Shown piece by piece: positions 21,872 to 30,843 of a DNA stretch of 64,000 nt (position 1 is the first letter of the stretch; each line of letters starts with the position of its first letter). The position numbers and the translations under genes were made by a program. The DNA is from Patescibacteria group bacterium (GTDB taxonomy: Bacteria; Patescibacteriota; Minisyncoccia; Phycocordibacterales; PALSA-1337), in assembly GCA_028865095.1 (NCBI GenBank), contig JAGWLA010000001.1, forward strand, positions 137,806 to 201,805. Direction: 5' to 3'. The notes under the pieces were generated by a model. That model was not told the origin of the DNA. It ran no database searches and was given only the letters and a program-made list of their open reading frames with translations.

Positions 21872-22552
21872 ATGATCTATTACGACAAGGTCAGCAAGGT
21901 CTATCCCGACTCCACCGTCGCTCTCGACGGCGTCAGCTTCAGCGTCGAGCCCAAGGAATTCGTCACCATCGTCGGCCAGAGCGGCGCCGGCAAGTCCACC
22001 CTCATGAAGCTGCTCATCGCCGAGGACCGGCCCACTTCCGGGTCCGTCTTCTTCGAGTCGTCGAACATCCATCGCATGAACAAGAAGGAGACCAGCCGCT
22101 TGCGCCGCCGCATCGGCACCGTCTTCCAGGACTATCGCCTCATCCCCGGCAAGACCGTCTACGAGAACATCGCCTTCGCCATGGAAGCGTCGGGCCGCAC
22201 CGACGGGGAAGTGGCGGCCGACGTGCCGCACGTCCTCGAGCTGGTCGACCTTGGCCATAAGATATGGAATTTCCCCGGCGAGCTCTCCGGCGGCGAGCGC
22301 CAGCGGGTGGCCATCGCCCGCGCCATCGTCACCCAACCCGACGTCATCCTGGCCGACGAGCCGACGGGCAACCTCGACCCGGCCAACACCTACGAGATCA
22401 TCCGCATCCTGCGCAAGATCAACGAGCTCGGCCGGACGGTCATCCTGACCACCCATAACAAAGGGGTCGTGGACGAAGTGGGCGGCAGGGTCATCACCAT
22501 GGAGAAGGGCAAGATCGTCAGGGATGCCAAAGACGGCAAATACATCTTATAA
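21872..22552 (+). CDS. ftsE: Cell-division ABC transporter ATP-binding protein FtsE
   Basis: Walker [13 protein letters not shown] signature LSGGERQR, Walker [12 protein letters not shown]. Confidence 0.9.
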   Translation: MIYYDKVSKVYPDSTVALDGVSFSVEPKEFVTIVGQSGAGKSTLMKLLIAEDRPTSGSVFFESSNIHRMNKKETSRLRRRIGTVFQDYRLIPGKTVYENIAFAMEASGRTDGEVAADVPHVLELVDLGHKIWNFPGELSGGERQRVAIARAIVTQPDVILADEPTGNLDPANTYEIIRILRKINELGRTVILTTHNKGVVDEVGGRVITMEKGKIVRDAKDGKYIL

Positions 22553-22563
22553 TGTGACATCGC

Positions 22564-23520
22564 ATGATATTCACCACCTTTAAAAGAGTCGTGCGCACCG
22601 GTTTCGTCAATTTCTGGCGGAACGGCTTCCTGTCCTTCGCGGCCATCGTGGTCATCACCCTGTCCCTCATCTCCGTCGGCTGCCTCATATTCGCGGGAGC
22701 CATCGGCGGCTCGCTCATCGCCCAGGTGAAGGACCAGGTGGACATCAACGTATATTTCACCCTTTCCGCCCAGGAAGCGGACATCTTGGCTTTCCAGAAG
22801 GAGATCGACGCCCTGCCCGAAGTGGCTTCGACCACCTATGTCTCCCAGGACCAGGCCCTGGCTTCGTTCCAGCAGAGATGGCAGGATAACGCCCTCATCA
22901 TGCAAGGCCTCCAGGAGCTCGGCAGCAATCCTTTCCCGGCGGCGCTGACCATCAAAGCCAAGGAGCCGAGCCAGTACGGCGGCATCGCCGACTTCCTGAC
23001 GAGCAAAGCCCCGACCGATTCGACGGGCGCGCCCATCATCGACAAGGTGAACTACCAGGAGAACCAGCTCATCATCGACCGCTTGAGCCGCATCATCCCG
23101 ACGGTCGAGCAGGGCGGGGCGGCCATCGCCCTCCTTCTCGCCCTGGCGGCGGTCGTGGTGGTCTTCAACACCATCCGCCTCATCACGTATTCCGTCCGCG
23201 ACGAGATCGCCGTCATGAAGCTCGTCGGCGCGTCCAATGTCTATGTCCGCGGCCCGCTGGTGGTGTCGGGGATCATGTACGGCATCGTCTCCGCCGTCAT
23301 CGCCCTGGCCCTCATGGCGGCCCTGTCGTACTGGAGCGACACCCTCATACTGCGCCTGGCCGGCGTGGACGTGGCCTCCAATTTCTCCTTCGCCGTGAAC
23401 ATCTTCTCGGACTATTTCTCCCGCAACTTCGCCCAGCTCTTCGCGGCCATCATGGGCGCCGGCATCCTGCTCGGGGGCCTCTCCAGCTACATCGCCGCCC
23501 GCCGGTACCTGCGGGTATAG
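22564..23520 (+). CDS. ftsX: Cell-division permease FtsX
   Basis: 318 aa, N-terminal TM, large periplasmic loop and 3 C-terminal TM helices. It lies downstream of ftsE. Confidence 0.85.
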   Translation: MIFTTFKRVVRTGFVNFWRNGFLSFAAIVVITLSLISVGCLIFAGAIGGSLIAQVKDQVDINVYFTLSAQEADILAFQKEIDALPEVASTTYVSQDQALASFQQRWQDNALIMQGLQELGSNPFPAALTIKAKEPSQYGGIADFLTSKAPTDSTGAPIIDKVNYQENQLIIDRLSRIIPTVEQGGAAIALLLALAAVVVVFNTIRLITYSVRDEIAVMKLVGASNVYVRGPLVVSGIMYGIVSAVIALALMAALSYWSDTLILRLAGVDVASNFSFAVNIFSDYFSRNFAQLFAAIMGAGILLGGLSSYIAARRYLRV

Positions 23521-23534
23521 GGCATATGCGGATA

Positions 23535-23569
23535 TAAAAAAGCGCCACGTCCGCGAAGGGCGTGGCGCT
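23535..23569. terminator. Bidirectional intrinsic terminator (best on minus strand)
   Basis: aaaaaa-agcgccacg-tccgcgaagg-cgtggcgct. On the minus strand the hairpin is followed by a T-run. Confidence 0.6.
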
Positions 23570-23591
23570 GATGCGTGGCGATAGGGAGCGG

Positions 23592-24287
23592 CTAAGGGCT
23601 CCCGCGCAGATAGGCCCGGTAGGGAGCGGCGGCCTTGCTGTCCGGTTCGACCTTCTCCCATTCGAAGACGAGCGTGCATCCGTTATGCTCCGTGCGGTAG
23701 CTCTTCTTGCGAAGCGCTTTCGGGAGCTGGCAGATGAAGTGGTTCGTGATGCGAAAGGACGAGAGGTACGGGTACGCCTGCTTGCCTGCGAAGAGGCGGG
23801 AGTCTCCCGACTTCCTCTCCAAGAAGAAGAGGCTGAAGCCGCCTGCGATGCCGAGCTCTTCGCGCATCCCCCTCCGAGCGGTCTCTTCGGGAGACTCGTT
23901 CAAGCGCTTCTTCCGGCTCAAGCTTTCCGCCCGGTGGACGGGCTTGATGCCGCCTCCCGGCAGCTCGTGGCCCCGTTCGCGCAGATGGAGCAGGGAACGC
24001 CCCTGCGGCAGCCATATATCGACGACCGAGCGCTCCGTCACGCGGACGAGGCACCCCTTCACCATATGGAGAAAGGATTCGCCCATCTTTATCTCCTCCA
24101 TCAGATCTGAGACGCTTTTGGCGCCGGCAGACCCCCATCTATCGACGGGGATCCCTCCGAAGCGCGTGAGGACCCATCTCAAGTCGTCCTCATTGCTTAT
24201 TTCGAGGTACTTCGTTTCATTCATAGTTCGTATTTCTAGGATCGCATGACCCGGCGGAACCATACCATATATTCTTGATATTTTCAA
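23592..24287 (-). CDS. NUDIX-family hydrolase (divergent Nudix box)
   Basis: LPGGGIKP...ESPEETARRGMREELGI approximates GX5EX7REUXEEXGU. The start is uncertain (alternatives at 24263 and 24234). Confidence 0.5.
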   Translation of the reverse strand: MKISRIYGMVPPGHAILEIRTMNETKYLEISNEDDLRWVLTRFGGIPVDRWGSAGAKSVSDLMEEIKMGESFLHMVKGCLVRVTERSVVDIWLPQGRSLLHLRERGHELPGGGIKPVHRAESLSRKKRLNESPEETARRGMREELGIAGGFSLFFLERKSGDSRLFAGKQAYPYLSSFRITNHFICQLPKALRKKSYRTEHNGCTLVFEWEKVEPDSKAAAPYRAYLRGSP

Positions 24288-24356
24288 TACCTCGCGTCCG
24301 GCGCGCTATGCTAGGATGTCCCCATGGCACGGAAGCAGCCCCGAACGCCTGCTCGG

Positions 24357-26087
24357 ATGAAGACGGAAGCGAGACGGTCGCGGAAGGCTTCGGCTCCCCA
24401 CAAATACATATTCGTCATCGGCGGCGTCATGTCCGGCGTAGGGAAAGGCATCGCCACCTCCTCCATCGGCACCATCCTCTCCGCCAAAGGCCTGGCGGTC
24501 AACCTGGTCAAAGTCGACCCATATCTGAACGTCGACGCCGGCACCATGAACCCGACCGAGCACGGCGAGGTCTTCGTGCTCGACAGCGGCCTGGAGACGG
24601 ACCAGGACATGGGCAATTACGAGCGCTTCCTCAACCGGGACCTGACCGGCGCCGACTACATGACGAGCGGCATGGTCTATAAGGCGGTCATCGACAAAGA
24701 GCGCGCCCTCCAGTACGGCGGGCGCTTCGTCGACGCCGACCACGTGCGCGAGGAGATCGTGGAGCGGATCGAGCGGAGCGCCCGGCTCAACAAGTCCGAC
24801 ATCACGGTGGTGGAGATCGGCGGGACGATCGGCGACTACCAGAACGTCATGTTCATCGAGGCGGCCCGCGTCCTCAAGATCCGCCATCCGCGCGACGTCA
24901 CCTTCGTGCTCGTCTCGTACCTGCCGGTGCCCGGCTCGATCGGCGAGATGAAGTCTAAGCCGACCCAGAACGCCTCCAAGCAGCTCAACGCCCACGGCGT
25001 CCAGGCCGATTTCATCATCGCCCGCGGCCCGCACCCCATCGACCAGAAGCGCAAGGAGAAGATCGCCTTCACCTGCAACATCATCCCGTCGCACGTCATA
25101 TCGGCCCCGGACATCGAGAGCGTCTATGACGTGCCGGTCAACTTCGAGAAGGACCGCCTCGGCGACCTCCTGATCCAGGCCCTGGACATGCCGCCCCGGA
25201 AGACGTCGGCCTCCTTCGGCGTCTGGAAGAAGCTCGCCGCCGGCATCAAGGACGGCCGCCGCCGGGTGGTCAAGATCGGCGTGGTCGGGAAGTATTTCAA
25301 CACCGGCGACTTCATCCTGTCCGACTCGTACCTCTCCGTCCTCCAGGCGGTCAGATATTCCGCGTACGCCCTCGGCGTGAAAGCGGAGATCGAGACGGTC
25401 AACGCCCGCGACTTCGAGGCGGCCGCGCCCGATTTCAGCGCCCTCGACGCCTTCGACGGCATCATCGTGCCCGGCGGCTTCGGCAGCTCCGGCATCGACG
25501 GCAAGCTCGCCGTCATCAGGCACGCCCGCGAGCGGGGGATACCGTACTTCGGCCTCTGCTACGGCATGCAGCTCATGACCGTCGAATACGCCCGCGACGT
25601 CCTCGGCCTGGCCGGCGCCCACACCACGGAGATCGACCCGAACGCGCCCCATCCGGTGATCGACGTCATGCCCGACCAGAAGGAGAAGATCGCCCGGGGC
25701 GACATGGGCGGCACGATGCGTCTGGGGGCGTATCCGGCCCGCCTCATGAAGGGCACCATCGCCCAGGACGCCTATTCCTGCTTCGACGGCAAGAGGCTGC
25801 CGAAGCCCACCGTGTCCATCCGGGAGCGCCACCGCCATCGCTACGAGGTCAACCCCAAGTACGTCGAGCGCCTCGAGCGGGCCGGCCTGGTCTTCTCGGG
25901 CAGGTCGCCCGACGGCACCCTCATGGAGATCGCCGAATTGCCGCGCGACAAGCACCCCTTCTTCCTCGGCACCCAATTCCATCCCGAATTCCTGGCCCGC
26001 CCCCTCATGCCGCACCCGCTCTTCAACGCTTTCGTGGAGGCCGCGAAGGACCGCGAGCTGGCCCGGGCCAAACAAGCCTCCAAATAG
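24357..26087 (+). CDS. pyrG: CTP synthase PyrG
   Basis: N-terminus KYIFVIGGVMSGVGKGI, synthetase domain and C-terminal glutamine amidotransferase (GLCYGMQ, HPEF). The start was trimmed to the ATG preceding KYIFV. Confidence 0.9.
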   Translation: MKTEARRSRKASAPHKYIFVIGGVMSGVGKGIATSSIGTILSAKGLAVNLVKVDPYLNVDAGTMNPTEHGEVFVLDSGLETDQDMGNYERFLNRDLTGADYMTSGMVYKAVIDKERALQYGGRFVDADHVREEIVERIERSARLNKSDITVVEIGGTIGDYQNVMFIEAARVLKIRHPRDVTFVLVSYLPVPGSIGEMKSKPTQNASKQLNAHGVQADFIIARGPHPIDQKRKEKIAFTCNIIPSHVISAPDIESVYDVPVNFEKDRLGDLLIQALDMPPRKTSASFGVWKKLAAGIKDGRRRVVKIGVVGKYFNTGDFILSDSYLSVLQAVRYSAYALGVKAEIETVNARDFEAAAPDFSALDAFDGIIVPGGFGSSGIDGKLAVIRHARERGIPYFGLCYGMQLMTVEYARDVLGLAGAHTTEIDPNAPHPVIDVMPDQKEKIARGDMGGTMRLGAYPARLMKGTIAQDAYSCFDGKRLPKPTVSIRERHRHRYEVNPKYVERLERAGLVFSGRSPDGTLMEIAELPRDKHPFFLGTQFHPEFLARPLMPHPLFNAFVEAAKDRELARAKQASK

Positions 26088-26127
26088 GCGGCGGGGGAGC
26101 GCGCCCGCGCCCCGGCCGGGCGGCCGT

Positions 26128-26158
26128 CAAAAAAACCCGCTGCATGCGCATGCAGCGG
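26128..26158. terminator. Bidirectional intrinsic terminator
   Basis: aaaaaaa + perfect palindrome cccgctgcatgCGCatgcagcggg. It is positioned downstream of both pyrG (+) and the minus gene 26177-26821. Confidence 0.6.
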
Positions 26159-26176
26159 GCGTATCTCGTCTTCCGT

Positions 26177-26821
26177 TCACCGGCGATGGCGGTCCACGGC
26201 GGGGCGCCACAGGCACGTGACCGCATGCCCGTCGCGCCGGAGCGCCAGCGTCTCCCGGTATCGGTGCGGCTCCAGGAAGCAGAGCACCGGGTAGCGGTAA
26301 GTGACTTGGCCGAGGGCGCCGAACGCGGGGAACAGGCGATCGGCCGGGTCGGCAGGGCGCGCTTCCGCCGATGCCGGGCAGAGCTCCAGATGGTAGTCGG
26401 AGCCTATGGCGAACCCGAGCGCGTCGAGGCCGCGTATGGCCGCTTCCCGGACCGTCTCGTTCCGTTCCGGCACGGCTTCGAAGAGCCTGTCGCGGCTCCC
26501 GTCTGTCAGGCAGGGCTCATAGAGCTCGAGCCAGTCCTTGTGATGGCACTGGATGGAGATCGGGACGATCGCCACATGAAGGGTGAGCGCGCAGCCGTCG
26601 CGCCGCAGCTCCGCCATGTCGAAATGCAGGAGATGGGCGAGGCGGTAGAAGGCGCCGCTCGACGCTCCATCGCTGTCATCGACGGGGATGGAGAGCCCGC
26701 ACGCGCGGAAAGCACCGCTGATGTCGCTCTTCGACGAGCCTGGGCCGAGGACCTGCGCCGTGGCCGAGTCGCGGAATGCCGGACGGATATCTCCCGTCTC
26801 GTGAGGGATGTGTCGGAACAT
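26177..26821 (-). CDS. Hypothetical protein (weak resemblance to M15/VanY-type peptidase motif EPHRY)
   Basis: 214-aa minus ORF with a terminator correctly placed downstream. The overlapping + ORF is Arg-rich and shadow-like. Confidence 0.4.
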   Translation of the reverse strand: MFRHIPHETGDIRPAFRDSATAQVLGPGSSKSDISGAFRACGLSIPVDDSDGASSGAFYRLAHLLHFDMAELRRDGCALTLHVAIVPISIQCHHKDWLELYEPCLTDGSRDRLFEAVPERNETVREAAIRGLDALGFAIGSDYHLELCPASAEARPADPADRLFPAFGALGQVTYRYPVLCFLEPHRYRETLALRRDGHAVTCLWRPAVDRHRR

Positions 26822-26915
26822 TGGTTTTCCTTTCTCAAAGAGGTTTCGTTTCCCTATGCCCTGGGTTGAGTTATAGCTCTATTTGCGCTATCCTGCAATC
26901 CACAGTTTCCTACCT

Positions 26916-26989
26916 TGCGGGATCGTCTAATGGTAGGACAACGGACTCTGAATCCGTTTATCTTGGTTCGAATCCAAGTCCCGCAGCCA
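26916..26989 (+). tRNA. tRNA-Gln (CTG) with encoded CCA; integration target of the island
   Basis: Acceptor TGCGGGA/TCCCGCA, anticodon stem ACGGA/TCCGT, loop CTCTGAA, T-loop TTCGAAT. Confidence 0.85.
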
Positions 26990-27023
26990 ACACATGCACC
27001 CTGACCGGAGAGGGTCAATGAAC
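26985..27023. repeat. attL: 39-bp direct repeat overlapping the tRNA-Gln 3' end
   Basis: agccaacAcatgcaccctgaccggagaGggtcaatgaac; 37 of 39 positions match the copy at 51449-51487. Confidence 0.8.
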
Positions 27024-27069
27024 CGATTTTGGTTCTAGACCAAGACCTGTTGATGTGTAAACTATAATC

Positions 27070-27870
27070 ATGACTATCATATGGAAAGATTTTTCATCGT
27101 GGGATGGTATTGTCCGTACCACTATCACACCCGCTAGTGTTTTAGAAGTTATATCAAAAATGAAGCGAGCAGGGGAAGGTGGCTATGTCCAAGATGATCC
27201 CGGATGGCTTCATCCCCTAGAAAACCATCTCGGATATCCAATCAAAGATGCAATAAATAATCTGGCGAATGCGTTAGAAAGAGAAAATATCCGTGTATAT
27301 CATGGTTGCCGTCCGATAGACATTAGCTCATACCTGTCAAAAGGTTTGAAAGTTCATAGACGTAATGAATTGATCAGTGAGCTCAGGAAGATGGTCATGT
27401 CTGATACAAGATTGTCTCGATTTGATTTAGATGGACGAATCGGTGAGGTCAAAAAATCATACGATAATGGCAAACTTTTCCTCGTGTTTGATGATCGATA
27501 CATGATTGAATATGCAGGGCACTATCTGATATATGGTGGCGAATACATAGCAAATGTGCTCAGAGATCATTTGGAAGTTTTGCTCGAAAAAGGGACACCG
27601 ACGATAATCACTGTTGATTTGCCTGGCCGTATGATATCTAGACCAATCCTTGAAGGATTTGCTAAAGATCTTCTTACAGAGTGGACAAGACAAGTAATAA
27701 ATGAGCCAAAGTCAGTCCACATGAGAGACTGTGGTGTTGAGCTTGAATCTGATCTGGATCCGAAATATATAGTTGGTCATGAACATCCGCTGGTTATAAA
27801 AGACCCATGGAATTCTCGTCAGGAATATATTGTTGAGAATAATTGTTGTAGGACTACTCCTCAAGCATAA
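27070..27870 (+). CDS. Hypothetical protein (island-borne)
   Basis: 266 aa, no recognisable motifs. It overlaps the recombinase gene convergently by 17 nt. Confidence 0.4.
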   Translation: MTIIWKDFSSWDGIVRTTITPASVLEVISKMKRAGEGGYVQDDPGWLHPLENHLGYPIKDAINNLANALERENIRVYHGCRPIDISSYLSKGLKVHRRNELISELRKMVMSDTRLSRFDLDGRIGEVKKSYDNGKLFLVFDDRYMIEYAGHYLIYGGEYIANVLRDHLEVLLEKGTPTIITVDLPGRMISRPILEGFAKDLLTEWTRQVINEPKSVHMRDCGVELESDLDPKYIVGHEHPLVIKDPWNSRQEYIVENNCCRTTPQA

Positions 27871-29173
27871 TTTCCTTGTCTTTCATTACGATCTTGCTCC
27901 TGAGCGACTCAAGTATGTGTCGTTTCTCCTCAACCGTTCCTTCTCGTAGGATATACTTCACATACTCTTTCGGATCGGCATTCCTCGACCTCAGCTTCTG
28001 TCCTGCTCCTAGTACACTCTCTTGAAACTTCTGGAATCTATCTATCTCCGCCTTGAGCTTCTTCTTGATACCGATCTTGTCGAGATTGATGCCATCGATC
28101 ATGTTCTCTAGCTGTTTTACGAGTTCCTCCTCGCGCAGGGAAGCATTCTTGCATTCTTTGTCATTGAATCTGGTGCAGGTGTAGTAGACATACCTATTTG
28201 TACCGCCTTTGGCCAGCTTCTTGAACTTCTCGTCGGCGGTGATGCCGGAATTGCAGTAGCCACATCGCATGAGCTTGGTGAAGGCGAACTCTTTCTTTTC
28301 GCCAGTCCTATCTTTGTTGATATCGAGCTTTTGCTGAACCTTGTCGAAGAGCTCCTTGGATATGAGCGGTTCATGCCGGCCCTGATACCATGATTCGCTG
28401 CCTTTCGGGTATTCGAATCTGCCATAGTAGAAGTGATTGCGCAGGATGATGTATATATTGCTCAATGTGAGTAACTTGCCACGCTGCACCCTGAAGTCTA
28501 TCTCCTTGAGCCAGTAGAAGAGCTTTCGCCCGCTCCAGCCGTCATCTGCAACCTTCTCGAATATTTTCTTCACGATCGGTGCTCGCTTGGGATCGGTGTA
28601 TATGATCCCTTTTTCACCAACGAGCTTGCTGTTCAGGTATCCTGTCGGTGCCGGTGCAGGCCAGAGCCCCATCTCACAGCGGATCTTTAGCCCACGCTTC
28701 ACATTAACGCTCTTGTTGTCGTTCTCCAGCTTAGCTTGGCTTCCCAATATCATGAGGAGGAACTTCTCATTGGGGTTATTGGTAAATCGCTGACTGAATG
28801 TCCTGATCTCTTTCAGTTTCCCTTGATCCATGAGGTCGACGATGGATCCTAAGTCTCCGGCGTTGCGGCTTACTCTATCTGGATGCCAGACGAGGATTGC
28901 ATTAAATTTTCCATCCTTGATATCGGCGACCATCTCATTGAACTTCGGTCTTTGCCCGGTATCTTTGGCTGAATGCGCTTCACGCTTGGTATCGACTACG
29001 TTCAAGCCTTCTCGTGTCGCGAGAGCGAGCATCTCGTTTATCTGCGCATCTATCGACAATGCTTGGCGTTCATCTGATTCCGATGATTTTCTGGCATAGA
29101 GGCAATATGACAGGGTAGTTGCGATCTGAGGCTGCCTACCGCCTAGATCTACCCGTGAGGTTGCTTGTTGCAT
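27854..29173 (-). CDS. Large serine recombinase (resolvase/invertase catalytic domain + recombinase domain + zinc ribbon)
   Basis: N-terminus YCLYARKSSESDE with the catalytic Ser, block VWHPDRVSRN, and a C-terminal Cys cluster CGYC...CTRFNDKEC. Confidence 0.85.
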   Translation of the reverse strand: MQQATSRVDLGGRQPQIATTLSYCLYARKSSESDERQALSIDAQINEMLALATREGLNVVDTKREAHSAKDTGQRPKFNEMVADIKDGKFNAILVWHPDRVSRNAGDLGSIVDLMDQGKLKEIRTFSQRFTNNPNEKFLLMILGSQAKLENDNKSVNVKRGLKIRCEMGLWPAPAPTGYLNSKLVGEKGIIYTDPKRAPIVKKIFEKVADDGWSGRKLFYWLKEIDFRVQRGKLLTLSNIYIILRNHFYYGRFEYPKGSESWYQGRHEPLISKELFDKVQQKLDINKDRTGEKKEFAFTKLMRCGYCNSGITADEKFKKLAKGGTNRYVYYTCTRFNDKECKNASLREEELVKQLENMIDGINLDKIGIKKKLKAEIDRFQKFQESVLGAGQKLRSRNADPKEYVKYILREGTVEEKRHILESLRSKIVMKDKEIMLEE

Positions 29174-29287
29174 GATATGTGCCTGTTAGCTGGCATACAT
29201 CAATCAATGCCGCCACCGGTCCTAAGAGTCCAGGAGGGGTAAGTTGGTAACAATTTTTCCAAAACGGCTTTATTTCTAGCCATTTCT

Positions 29288-30838
29288 ATGGTAGAATTTT
29301 TCTTAACTATGGCCACCCTAAACTGGATCGGTAAAGAAGCTGTTGCAAACCACGACAAAGAGGTTCCTTTTAAGTTGTTAGAGAAAGTTCCAAGTGCATC
29401 AGTTGGAAAGGAATCAAAAAATCTCGTAATTCATGGCGATAACCTTGAAGCACTGAAGGCCCTTATGCCTTTTTATCAAGGAAAGATAAAGTGTATCTAT
29501 ATTGATCCGCCATACAATACCGGAAACGAGGGATGGGTATATAACGATAAGGTAAATTCTCCCAAGATACGTGAATGGTTGTCTCAGGTTGTAAAATCAG
29601 ATGACCTGACTAAGCACGATAAATGGTTGTGCATGATGCAACCAAGACTCAAATTGCTTAAGGAGCTACTTTCTGATGATGGTTTTATATTTGTAAGTAT
29701 TGACGATCATGAACAGCAGTATTTATCCCATTTAATGAACGAAATGTTTGGTGAGGGAAATTTCGTTGCTAATTTCATATGGAATCACAGGAAGTCAAGC
29801 CAGAATGATATTGATATATCACTGTCGCATAATTACACCTTTTGTTATGCACGTAACAGATCAAAGTTTAAATTGAATCCTCTTGAAATTGATGGCAGCA
29901 AATTTTCTAACCCAGACAATGATCCAAGAGGTGACTGGGTAGCAGACCCTATGGATGCACCTGCTATTCGAGAAAATTTAATGTATCCAATTACCAACCC
30001 CAAAACAAAAAAAGTCTATTTGCCGCCACCTGGTAGGCATTGGAGGTTTTCAAAGGAGAAGTTCGAGCAAGCTATAAAGGATAATCGTATTTTATTTGGA
30101 AAGACAGGTAATTCTAAACCTCAATATAAGCGGTTTAAAAGCGAAGCGGTACTAAAAGGTACTAATGTTTTTACGATATGGGATGACGTAGGAACTGCAA
30201 CTGAAGGGACACAAGAGCTCATGGATCTTTTTGATGGCAAAAAGGTTTTTGATACACCAAAACCCACTTCATTTATCAAGAAAATTCTCAAATTGGCCTC
30301 AGGAAAAGATTCGATTATCCTAGATTCCTTTGCAGGATCAGGAACTACAGCACATGCTATTTTAAGTCTAAATAGTGAAGAGAAGGGTTCAAATAGGAAG
30401 TTTATTCTTGTCGAAATGGAAGATAAAGTTGCCAGAGATATTACAGCAGCACGCGTTGAACGAGTTATAAAAAAGTATAATTTTGAAGATGGTTTTGAGT
30501 ATTGTGAACTCGCTAAGCCTCTATTCGATAAGGCGGGACAAATAAATGAATCGTGCTCATATGAAGAGCTTGCTTCTTATATCTACTTCACTGAAACACA
30601 AACGAATATCGATAAGAAGGCGATTAAAAACCCATTCATTGGTGAAAGTCACGGTATATCGTATTACCTTGTCTATACTGGCAAAGGAAAAAATGAGATA
30701 AACCGCTCCTCGCTTTCTAAGTTGAAAATAGTTGGTCAAGCAGTTATATACGCGGATCGGTGTCTTGTCGATGAAGATGAACTTAAGGAAAAGGGAATTA
30801 CATTCAAACAGATCCCGTACGAGATAAAAATATACTAA
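29288..30838 (+). CDS. Type III restriction-modification methyltransferase (Mod, N6-adenine)
   Basis: DPPYNTG catalytic motif; AdoMet motif FAGSGTT downstream (beta-class motif order). Confidence 0.8.
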   Translation: MVEFFLTMATLNWIGKEAVANHDKEVPFKLLEKVPSASVGKESKNLVIHGDNLEALKALMPFYQGKIKCIYIDPPYNTGNEGWVYNDKVNSPKIREWLSQVVKSDDLTKHDKWLCMMQPRLKLLKELLSDDGFIFVSIDDHEQQYLSHLMNEMFGEGNFVANFIWNHRKSSQNDIDISLSHNYTFCYARNRSKFKLNPLEIDGSKFSNPDNDPRGDWVADPMDAPAIRENLMYPITNPKTKKVYLPPPGRHWRFSKEKFEQAIKDNRILFGKTGNSKPQYKRFKSEAVLKGTNVFTIWDDVGTATEGTQELMDLFDGKKVFDTPKPTSFIKKILKLASGKDSIILDSFAGSGTTAHAILSLNSEEKGSNRKFILVEMEDKVARDITAARVERVIKKYNFEDGFEYCELAKPLFDKAGQINESCSYEELASYIYFTETQTNIDKKAIKNPFIGESHGISYYLVYTGKGKNEINRSSLSKLKIVGQAVIYADRCLVDEDELKEKGITFKQIPYEIKIY

Positions 30839-30843
30839 CTACC

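Noticed and set aside
26144-26869. Plus-strand ORF of 241 aa
   Set aside because: It is Arg-rich and shadow-like. The minus-strand ORF has a downstream terminator and better composition.
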